The position numbers and the translations under genes were made by a program. The notes under the pieces were generated by a model. It was given only the letters and a program-made list of their open reading frames with translations. It searched no databases and was not told where the DNA came from. Below, in pieces: positions 53,310 through 64,000 of a DNA stretch of 64,000 bases. The stretch is from Octopus vulgaris (lineage: Eukaryota), in assembly GCA_951406725.2 (NCBI GenBank), contig OX597826.1, forward strand, positions 21,886,001-21,950,000, written 5' to 3'. The first letter of the stretch is position 1, and each line of letters opens with the position of its first letter.

Positions 53310-53402
<93 letters not shown>
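53281..53402. repeat. (CA)n(TA)n microsatellite
   Basis: Direct inspection. Confidence 0.95.
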
Positions 53403-53404
<2 letters not shown>

Positions 53405-53420
53405 AAGACTTAAATACTTT

Positions 53421-55719
53421 CAGGGGTTGTAAAAAATTAATTGATGAAAAGTTAATTGCAATTTATTGCAACATTGTCAGTGAAAGTTTTTCAAATGGCT
53501 CACACTTCATTCGCAAATACAGCGTACCATTATTATTTGAGGTGCTGTGTTGACGCTTTGATCTGATTCACACATTCTGTCGTGCTTAGGAATTGACTGT
53601 TGTGTCAATTGTTGATGATTGGCTCGGACTGCTGAGAATGATACACATTCTATCATGCTTGAGATGGCTATTGTGTATGTTGTCAAATAACTGCTGTCGA
53701 GTGATTCTTGGTTCTGACAGCCGAGAATGATTCACACATTTTGTCTTCGAGACATTAAATCCTAACTTCGCTTGCAACGCGATTGTATCTGCAATTCCGC
53801 TCCAACATATTAACAGAATCAGACTTTCATCACTGGAGTGGCGAAATATATTCTATTTTAAGCTAACCCATGCCGCGTGAAAACGAGCAAATCGTCAGAA
53901 AATATTTTAACCAGACAGTGATCATGTATGGGAGTGCAAGTGTGGAAAAATGTTGACCCAGAAAAAGGAACTGGATGGACAAATTTTATGAATCATATAA
54001 AAAAAAAAAACAGCATCCAGAGTATTCTACGCAAGCAACTGGACAACCATCTTTATCGAGTTTTCTTTCACCAAAGAAGTAGTTTGGTGAATCGCTCGAC
54101 CTTAATAATGTTTATGGTTGGATTGTATGGGTATGTGTTGGTTTAAAACTATTTTCCTTTACTGAAGACCCAATGGCTTGTAAGTGTACAAACTTGGGAA
54201 GTATGCAAATATGACCTTAAAGAAATACACGGAGAAACTTGCTCAAGAAGTGGAAAAGAAAATATCTGATGAACTTCAAAGTAAATTTTCGTTAATAATC
54301 AACGTTGGACTAAGGGTTTGATGCATTTCATTGGACTGCTTGCATCTTATTTTCGTACAATTATCAAAATGACCATTGTACTATTTTGCTGGCATTTTCG
54401 CCAATGGTAAGTGAAACATCATTCACTGCTTCTGATTATGTCTAATTTATAGAGTATGTATTAAGTGTCTATAAGAAAATTTTAGAAAATGTTGTAGCTG
54501 TTACCCGAGATATTACTGAAGTGATCAAATCTAAAGCGAATTTGTGTAGAATACTATTGATTGGATGTGCCTAAAGTCAATCTAGCTGTTTCTGCTTCTT
54601 ATCTCAAGGAGGAAGTTCTGCTTGATAAAATGAATATGTTGATAAGTAAGCTACAATCATTAAAACTTGAGGGTAAACTTCGGGCGAAAACTCCTTTGCA
54701 ACCTAAACAAAGAAATAAAACCTTATGACATGATTGAGAGATACATCCAACTTTAGACTCTTTTCAAGTCGATCCAAAACTGATTGATTATCTGTTGATT
54801 CCACGCGATCATAATGATCTGCAGACTGTAAAATACAATTTAGGAAAGTTACGTTCAGTAACAGTCGCTTTCTAAAGAAGAGAAATAGATTTGGGAGATG
54901 CCCGAATTCTTTTTGACGCAATTCTCGTATTGTAGCCTTACGAGGAGTTTAAAAAATATTTGCTTCTATCGGCAGTCATTGTGCACAGCCCAAATCTTGA
55001 AAGTGGAATTGTGAAAATTTTACATGCAGAAGCAGAGCTAACTGCGGATGAAGTGGCTGCTCTACATCATCTGAAAGTGGTTACAGATACGTCACAACAG
55101 TCTGATTTACCTGTAGAAGATGATGATTTTGCTTCAATTTGTTTGAAAAACACAAAAAAGATCTGAACTGTAGATTTTTGTTACCAACATCTTGGAACAT
55201 TTCTTCAGCTCGGCAGGTTACGCCTTTTAATGATTTTCGGCAATACTTAACACCGATGAATTTAGAAATGCAATCATTTCTAGAAGTCAATCGCGCTTTC
55301 TGCGATGAAGACCTTGTTTCAGAAACCTGCAATCGTTCATGATCTTTTGCTATGTTAGAACATTTAAATTTTCCAACTCGTTTGAGAAACTCTTTCAATA
55401 AAATTTATTTGTTTTTCAACTACTTACAACGTAGAGTAAACATGTTGTTTGCTCCCTATTCTAAATCACTATAATTGAACTTTGAATATTTTCTGATAGT
55501 AAAGTTTTTCGAAACTATAAGACGTGCCTTTTATTTTCCTATCGTTTTGGCTCTTATCTAAATCGAAGCTAACACTCCAAAATATTTTATGTTTTACGTT
55601 CGGCAAAGTAATTGGCAATTAATTGCAATAATTGATTGGCCTGTATCCCAATTAAAATTAATTCATTGCTAGGAAAATAATTGATTGGAAAGGTTCCAAT
55701 CAGTTATTTACAACCCCTA
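53421..55719 (+). mobile_element. Full-length but decayed hAT DNA transposon
   Basis: TIRs caggggttgtaaa / tttacaaccccta and 8-bp TSD aatacttt / catacttt. Transposase remnants include GTGWTNFMNHI (BED-like), LLAFSPM, ESGIVKI, FLLPTS and RQYLTPMNLEMQSFLEVNRAF. Confidence 0.85.
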
Positions 55720-56346
55720 CATACTTTACCACCACATTATACATCGGTTTTTAAGTAAGGAATGATTGGTGGGGTGGGGGTAGGTTGGGGGTGGGACAAA
55801 TACGTAAGTATTCTAGTTGCATGAATAGTAGTGAAGTTGCCGCTGGCATAGTTAATATCTGAACTCAGCTATTTTAAGGGAAATTTGTTAAATTTGAAAT
55901 ACAAGGAAAAGTTAGTCTGATTTCAAGCAATAGTAGGATAACTCTGCACATATTTCGGTATTATTTGTCTTCATCAACGAAATACTTAACCATAACTGCA
56001 AATAAGGCCGCTATGGAGGCAGCAGGGGTTGCATGAGGGTGGCTGTTGATCAGGTATGAGCCCTGGAAGGGGTACTGCTAACTGGACACAAGTTGGGACT
56101 CCATCAACCTTTGTTGGGTCGCCTGGTTGAGGGTGTCTGACTATTGAATGACCCGAAGCATCCAATTACTTCAGAAAACATCACCGATGATGTATGGAAA
56201 AGCTTATAAAAACGATGTCAACTTTTAGATCATAATCTTCATAAGGCGACACCATTCTTTTTTAAGTCTTTAATGAGTTACCGTCAGAATCAGAATTATT
56301 ACTTCTCGAGAGCTTCGGGAAATAATTAATATTATTTAGTTACGAC

Positions 56347-56579
56347 AAGGCGGCGAGCTGGCAGAAACGTGAGCACGCCGGGCGAAATGCTTAGCGGTAT
56401 TTCGTCTGCCGCTACGTTCTGAGTTCAAATTCCGCCGAGGTCGACTTTGCCTTTCATCCTCTCGGGGTCGATTAAAGAAGTACCAGTTACGCACTGGGGT
56501 CGATATAATCGACTTAATCCGTTTGTCTGTCCTTGTTTGTCCTCTCTGTGTGTAGCCCCTTGTGGGCAGTAAAGAAATA
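56347..56579 (+). mobile_element. tRNA-derived SINE family C, young copy with 16-bp TSD
   Basis: CpG-rich copy; TSD attatttagttacgac (56331-56346) / attatttagttgcgac (56580-56595). Confidence 0.92.
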
Positions 56580-58143
56580 ATTATTTAGTTGCGACTTTTT
56601 AAGTGCTGAGTTCGACTACTTTGGATGCTAACCTTACCATTCATCCCGCCGGATGCAATAAAATAATGTATGGGTCAATTTATTCTCCTAAATTTGATCC
56701 CTGGTGTGAATAGAATTTTAATAGAACACTCCGAGCTAGTTCTGAGGTATGCAAAATAATAGAAGTAACGTAGTATTTCTGGTTATTCAGAAATAACTCC
56801 TATGAGTAAAGTGGCTAATGAGTAATTCATACCTTGTCCAATTTCTTATACCCTTCTTCTTCTTCTTCTTCTTGTTACATCTAACTGTCCTTGCACCTGT
56901 TTAAACACAGCAAAGTAGTTTTTCCGGTTCTTTCTTTACTCTCACGATACTCTTTCTAGAGACACAATCAACAATTTATTTTTAATTTAAAAGAAGTAGT
57001 CGTTATGTCTTCTTGCATATAAAGACATTCCTTGTATGAAAATAAATGATGATTTCCAAACATTCAGTTTGTGAATAAATACGTAAACAAAAACAATTTA
57101 TAGTGGTTTAGTGGGAGGAGGAGGACGAGGCGGTTGAGTTATGTTGGTGACCTTTACATCGCTCGCCAGACGGGCAAGGTTGAAGTTGTTGCAGTTCAAC
57201 TTAAAAGTTCTATCGGCTGATTCTTGTGGGAAAATTATGTTCAAGGAGTGGGAGAAAGAATTGGAAGTAATGTGTTTACTGTTGAGATACAATAGGGATA
57301 AGAAGTTGAGTAGAGGCAGTTACACTCTGGAATTAGGTGGAGGTTACTTGCAGCTAAGTTCAGGAGAGCCAAATGTGACAATATTCAGTTTCGGAGGTAG
57401 TGTGTCTGGTGTAACGTCTTAGTGGCGGGAGGGGGGGGACATCTTAGTCAATCAGTCGGACGATCTTTTTTATGTTAATCTAAAATGTGTGAGGCAACAG
57501 CGCCGGGCTTGATGTATGAACTGTAGTCTAATGGGGCGGGTAATTAATCAGAATTATAGTATTTCTTGTCTGGCACTTTTGGCAATCATACAGCCGCGTG
57601 GTCACCACAGATTGTGAACCAAACATTTGCAACGAGTTGAGTAAGTTTGGTAATGTGTGCTTCATGTAAAATTGTTTCTATGTGTAGTGGTTGAGTCTCG
57701 GTGTTGCTGGAAGAGACTGTGTTGCAATTATTTCATTGAGGGATAGTTTCGAGGTTTTTGTTTATAGAATTGCAGCATTCCTAACATAATGCTTGAAGGA
57801 TCGTATTATGTAGAGAGGAATGTGTGTTGTTAGATGTAGCTGCAAGGTCAGCAATATGAATGTATCGTATCGACCCTTAAGATACATTAGAATTGATATA
57901 AGATATAAAAAGTCAACCACTCATAGTAATCATACAAGAAACTTCTAATTTCAAAGATGAGACGAGCGAGTTAGCAAATCTACTCAGAGATTTCCGTACC
58001 AGACACGATTTCTACTTGCGTGCTTGACCTGCAAGACATAGCAACTAAACCTTCCTCAAATTACACCTTACTATCTTTAAAAGAGAATGACACATTATAC
58101 AATCTAGTCCTATATACACATATGCTAAGTTTGAACATAGTAT

Positions 58144-59652
58144 ATGAACATTGTCAAGTAAAGAAAAACGAGCATTTTCGACACCTTCTTTTTGCTTTTA
58201 ATCAAGGTTCTAAGGCCGCAAAAGCTGCTCGCGACATTTGTGCTGTGTATGGAGAGGGTGCCAAAGCTAAAAGAGCCGCTCGTGATTGGTATGCCAAGTT
58301 CAAGAATGGAAATTTTTTACCTCAAAGACGTACCTCGTTCTAGCCGTCCAGTTGAGTTCGATGAAATGCAATTAAACCAACTTTTGCACGAAAATTCTCG
58401 TCAAACGGCAAGGGAACTGGCAGAGAAAATGGAATGCACCCACACTGCTATAGAGAAGCATCTTCACTCGATGGGAAAGGTTCAGAAGTATGAAGCATGG
58501 GTTCCGCATGCTTTAAGTGACAACAACAAAAATCAACGAGCCACAATTTCTGCTGGTTTGCTTGCTCGTCACCGCTCAACTCATGGACACAAGCAACGAT
58601 TTCTTTACCGAATCGTTACTGGCGACGAAAAATGGTGCCTGTACATCAATATGAAGTAGCGTAAGGAATGGCTTAGCCCCGGTAAACAAGCGACACCGCG
58701 CGTGAAACAAGAGCTTCATCCACGTAAAACGATGTTGTGCGTATGGTAGGACTGGGAAGGGATTATCCATTATGAATTGCTTGAACAGAATCAAGCGGTC
58801 AACGCGGAACCCTATTGTAACGGAAAAGGTTGCTTCTTGCACTTTTAGGGTGAAAATGGTGCATTCAATTTCCGTTGCTTAAATTTCCAGATTCTACCAG
58901 TCAAAAAACACAAGACGCAAACGTAAAAATATATATACTCTTTATTGTCTTATCCACAGAACGAAATAAGTGGTGTATCTGGTATCCCTTGGTTCTGGAT
59001 GTGCAAGGCTGAACTTTAACGCTGTAAGATTTCACAAGTTCAACTGCAAACAGAACTGGTCGTAATGGCGTCCTAGGGAGCGAAGAGAAATACGGTCTGC
59101 AACCTTCGATCGCTGTGCCTCAAGTCCCTGCTTACTGCTGACTGCTGCTATATCTCTCTCTGTCTTTTTAAGGTTCACGCTCCCTTCGCCTAATCAGCTA
59201 ACGCCACATCAGCAAATTCCCTCTTCCGGTCTTCGCGTATGCGCGAGAGGGCGTTGCGCGCGCGCTGTTGGATAGCGTCACTACACTATGTTCAACAGAT
59301 GGAACGACTCAACACGGCTATTCAAGAGAAAAGACCTAATCGGCAGCATGGAGTTCTTCTGCTACACGACAACGCCCACCCTCATATCGCCAATATGACC
59401 AAGGAAGCCATTCAAACGCATGGCTGGGAAGTGCTGCCACACCCGCCATACTCTCCTGATTTGGCACCAACGGATTTCCACCTCTTTCAAATGCTTATGC
59501 GCGTAGTTTCGTTCAATACTAATGCAGAATTGAGAGCTTGGTTGCTTCAATTTTTCGAGTTGAAATCGGGTGATTTCTACCAACGACGTATTGAAAATTT
59601 TGTTGAACGTTGAGAAGTTATAAACAACAAGGGTGAATACATTATTGATTAA
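58144..59652 (+). pseudogene. Mariner (Mos1-like) transposase pseudogene interrupted by a solo LTR
   Basis: HFRHLLFAFNQG, WVPHAL, IVTGDEKW, HDNAHPH, HPPYSPDLAPTDFHLF and GEYIID* motifs, with stops and a frameshift. TIRs were not recognised. Confidence 0.92.
58816..59285 (-). mobile_element. Solo LTR (470 bp) with 4-bp TSD
   Basis: Termini TGTAA...CTACA, TSD CTAT on both sides, AATAAA on the minus strand (58940-58945). Excision restores the mariner frame NAEPY|VQQMERL. Confidence 0.85.
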
Positions 59653-60847
59653 TTAGTTGTTTTTTTTATTAAACCTTTTAATAAAAATAAGGTTTTGCGC
59701 TGTTTAAAGTGGGAGTTGGAAACAAAACGGGAGGCAAAATATAATGGTTTTAACTGTTACTCGCAGAACAACGTTGGACAAGGAATGGCAGATAAAAGAA
59801 AGGATTCTGTAAGATTAATAGAGGCACTTGCTACAGCATTTTACCTGGTTGATGGCTGAAATGTTATTTTTTGATGTTAAACCATAAGAAACACGAGCAC
59901 TTGGGGTTTTGGAGTTTTCATCAAAACATTTTATTTCACTCTTCAAGCAAAGAGAAACACGATCGAGTCGCAGTCAAATGACATGCAATGACCTGCTTTT
60001 GACAAGAAACCAAATGTTTCGGTTGTAATTTAGAAAGTAGAACTTTCAGAATATTCGAGCACATTTCTTAACGTTCCTTTTGGTATAAATGTTGCAATGA
60101 TGAGCAAAGAACAATTTTGAGTTGATGATGTTTGGCGACTTCTTACATATTGTTTGGCGACTTCTTACATATTTTAACTCCTAGTTACCTCTGATATCGC
60201 AACGTCTCATAATCGAAGGCATTCCAGCCGTGACCAACCCGCCTTTTTCTTATGTGCATAGTACCCAGGGCTCCATTTATGTCGTCTTCTAAGACTGTGA
60301 AATGTGATTTGAGAGAGATTTCGTTGCTAATTCTAGCAGGTCGAACGACCAAGTAGACTCAATTTCCTCCATAAGTTGTAAACCGGTGTACTTCACATGT
60401 ACATCCGTATGTGAACCAATTGCTAAGGCTTTGGTCATGAGAGGGATGTAGAGAGAAAGACATACCTAAAAGTCTAGAACCGGTCATTTGTTCAACTTCC
60501 TCAGACATGTCAGCAGTAAAACACATTTTCAATGAGCTGAGCTGAAGTAACAGTGAGTTTGAGGGAGGGGAAGTAGAAAGATTGAGGGGAATTACTAATC
60601 AGATGGTTCAATGGAGGAGGAGGAAATGTAATGACAGTTAACTTTAGAAAGGAGAGTGGTCAAGAAAGTTTGGGGAGTTGCTGGTGTAAGAGTAGAGTAG
60701 TGGGAATGGTTATTTGAAAGAAAAAGCATACTGAAAAGTGTATAAGACGAGAGATTATCACAAATATTGTTTTGGAGGACTTTCATTGTGAATTAGTAAA
60801 TATTTGCAAGTTTAAACGAAGTTTGAATATGATATAACTGCTTTTTA

Positions 60848-61053
60848 ATTTGGGCACAAGGCCAGCAATTTGGGGGGATGTGGTAAGTTAATTACATCGA
60901 TCCCAGAAATCAACTGGTACTTATTTTATTGACCCCGAAAAGATAAAAGGTAAAATCGACTTCGGCGGAAATTGAGCTCAGAACGTAACGACAGATTAAA
61001 TGCCGTTGAGCATTCGGCCCAGCGTGCTAATGGTTCTGTCTACTCGCTGCCTT
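60848..61053 (-). mobile_element. SINE family C copy
   Basis: Reverse-complement similarity to 56347-56579. Confidence 0.8.
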
Positions 61054-63184
61054 AGAGCATGTTATAATTAAAACTGCGTTGGTATCTCCGAACAGTTTTT
61101 CAAACCATTACTCGATTGCACTATCTGACCAATATGAAAACTCTACGTCAATACCTTTCAAGTTTGCTATTCTGCATTGCCTCCAATTCACATCTGTTGT
61201 CAAGTTCAGAAGAGTCAAATGAAGTCAGAATCATTTTTAGAATTTAATAAAATTAATGAAGGAACTATTAGACGAGTCATCGAAAACTTCGAAAATACCT
61301 GCAGAAAATTAGTGCCTCGAAAGGATGCATTGGCTGTCAACAAATAGGTGTTTATATGGAAACAAGACAACCACTTGAAGCAAAAGTAAAAAAAAAAAGA
61401 AGAAAAAAAAGTAAAGCGAAACAAGTTTTTGATTCACTGCACAAAAGCTCTGAAAGTTGGCCGCTGCAGTCGTGTATTCTGGACCTTTGCCAGCATCGAA
61501 TCATCTGACTCACTATTCTTCAATTGAAACTGAACTGTAAGCAGCTGTATTGCGCACAGTCATGCCATTTGTTCGCCACATAAATCATTCGGTGGCGCAA
61601 GTTTGACATTTAGTAAAGGAGAAAATTTACGTTAACACACCATAGAGCATCAAATTTTAAAATACACACATACATGGATACTACATACATACATGCACGC
61701 ATACATACATACATACAGCTTCAGTCAACTTTACTTGTTAAAGCTCCATGTTCTCTTTAAAGGGTTATTCCAACAAAATATCATTAGAGTAAAACAAAAA
61801 CAAAAAAATATACATAAAAGAACAGCTTCTTAATTTGTTAAATTTCACGAAGTGGTAACGGCTGACAATCTTCCAACCAACTTCAGCAATAATAAGATTC
61901 CGGTTTGATTTTAAATTTTCAGCATTTCTATCCTTCTTTTACCTTTTCTAAGTTCTTTTTCTTGTTCTTTCCATGGAAAAACTGTCTTGAACTATTAAAA
62001 CATCAACTATGTGTCTTATCCTGAAGAACTGCAATTTCTTTGACTCCTACCAGCCTTCATCACCCACGAATCCAACACGTCATAAGAAGGAACAGTAGCC
62101 TCCTCCACCGAACGATCTTATTCAAGTATGTTGCAGCCAATCCGAGGAATTACTTTTCTGGAGGTAGAATTAAAACAGATTAGCAAGTAACACGATACAA
62201 TGTCAATTCCAGGGTAATTAACATAGTCAATTGCTAAGAAACCAGAAAATATTAGCTTTAATCAATACAAACGGATGATTTCTAACCGATCAAGTGTTCG
62301 GTCATATCGACCTGAAGTCAAAAGACCAGACGATAACACGAGAGGATGACTACTTTGTTGATGGCAATTATAAAGGGAAAGCAGAATTTAGACATCGTAA
62401 GATATATTTGAAATATGGCATGATTTCAGGTTCAACATTTCCGCCTTCATGTCCTGTTCCAATTGCTTTAGCTTCTCCTACTTAAGAAACACACAATTAT
62501 AAAATAAATACATGTGGAAATGAAACTGAGTTCGTGAATGGCACACGACATTTGCAGCTTGTGTAAACTACGCATTACTTAACTCGTACAACGAAGTCGA
62601 GTGAATAAGAAAATGTAAAATGGTATATATAACTTGAGATGAAATGAACTGGTAAGCGACAATTTATTCTCCGTTATAAAATACAATGATTGCCATAGAT
62701 GAAATAAAATAACATAACAGATTCCAACAAAGATGTGCGAGAGACTTCGTGGTTAGGCTGGACATAGTTGATGTACTGTTTGGTGGTGTGTAGCGGCTGC
62801 CGTTGGTTTGTTGGTGGTCTTCATACAGCAATGATGTAGACAGGCGTCTGGTGGAGATGAAAGCAGAGACTAGCGGCTGTCAGAGCATCGTTGTCGGAGA
62901 CGAACTGCGTGTAGTCAGTGACGCGTGCCAGAGGCCTAGAACAGTCGAGAATTGCCGTTCTTATAGGGAAAGCTGGTGAAAAATTCGTATTGGAACTAAG
63001 TAGTTCGAGCCCACTGTGTGGTACCTTGGAGAAGAATCTAATACAACTTTGGGTTGACGCGTATATTGTAAGTGGACTTTAGCCGATGGAAAGTGTGTTT
63101 ATGTATGTATGAATGTATGTATGTATCTATCTAGCTAGCTATTTATCTATCTATCTAATTTTTTTATGCGTTTCAACCCAAAAG

Positions 63185-63900
63185 CAATGGCAAAGCTGGG
63201 GCACCGCCAGTTTCATCAGCTTTCCAGTGGCCATTTCTATGCGATTGGCTTTTGGTGAAGGAAGAAGTTTGGTATTGCTATCCAAAGTTTCTTGTGGTGT
63301 AGGTTCAATTGAGATCTTGGACAGTAGAAGATCAAGGTGGGTCCTTGACTGTAGAAGATGAAGGTGCTTCTTGAAAATATTTACTCCCACTTCTTGTAGA
63401 TCTCTCATGGTTTGGGGCAAAATATTAAATAGCTGTGAGCTTTTGAGTTCCTAGCTATGGCAGTTCCTGATCCTCATTCTAGACGGGATGGATTGTGGAA
63501 CAGGACAGTGGCGTCCTGTTTAGGGTCTCGTACAACTCTCAATGCCAAAGTTTGGTGCCAAACTCTGGGATTTTTCATATGTATATTGCCGCATATGCTT
63601 CCCGTCTTCGCTCCAGAAAGTAGAACCGTAATTCTTTCAGTCTCCCCCAGTAGCTCAACTGTTTCATCAATGCAATATTCCTGGCGTAGCACCGCTGAAC
63701 TGCCTCCAGTTCCGTTATTAAGTTGGCTCTGTGGGAGAACGTTAGTTGAGAGTAGTAGTCCAGACGGTTGAGGATAATTATCCTTCATAGGACCTGCAAT
63801 GATTTCTGGACCCTTGTTCTGAAAGTTCTCAGAATCCATCTGTACATTCACCAGCACCTTCTTGGTTATTTAAACATGGAACGAAGCAATGTTGCTTATA
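63185..63900 (-). mobile_element. Decayed CR1-like LINE 3' fragment
   Basis: LRDLQEVGVNIFKKHL-type C-terminus similar to 34100-34200, plus the same ggcggtgccccagc 3' motif (63195-63208). Confidence 0.7.
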
Positions 63901-64000
63901 TTTGCTGTTAATGTCTACACGGAGAAGGCTCAACTGGCTTTTGTCATTTAAGAAATCATGTAATTGACTGCAGTTTTCCTTGGGCCATTCATTGTTAGTT

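Noticed and set aside
57090-57860. Possible I/Jockey LINE 3' remnant on the minus strand
   Set aside because: The composition is suggestive but I could not read diagnostic motifs.

Overview
AT-rich, repeat-dominated animal genomic DNA. The SINE, RTE and Helitron families and the kilobase (TA)n arrays resemble octopus (coleoid cephalopod) sequence; this is an inference. One host gene is visible on the minus strand and is not called in the correct frame by the ORF track. It has a signal-peptide first exon (43331-43415), a phase-1/1 LDL-receptor class A exon (42198-42314) and a weaker candidate exon (4851-4934), so the lower 43 kb may be largely intronic. The rest is layered mobile DNA: an RTE LINE with a PHD-type finger in ORF2, several CR1-like LINEs (two inside TA arrays around a 100-N gap), Tx1/L1 and R4/Dong-like LINEs, a hAT element with TIRs and TSD, a mariner split by a solo LTR, nested non-autonomous Helitrons and several tRNA-derived SINE families. 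The best second-look items are minimal hammerhead ribozyme motifs in short TA-embedded repeats, a shared SINE/CR1 3' tail and the spliced LDLa gene. I found no CRISPR array or other prokaryote-type system. TE boundaries were read by eye and are approximate unless a TSD is quoted.
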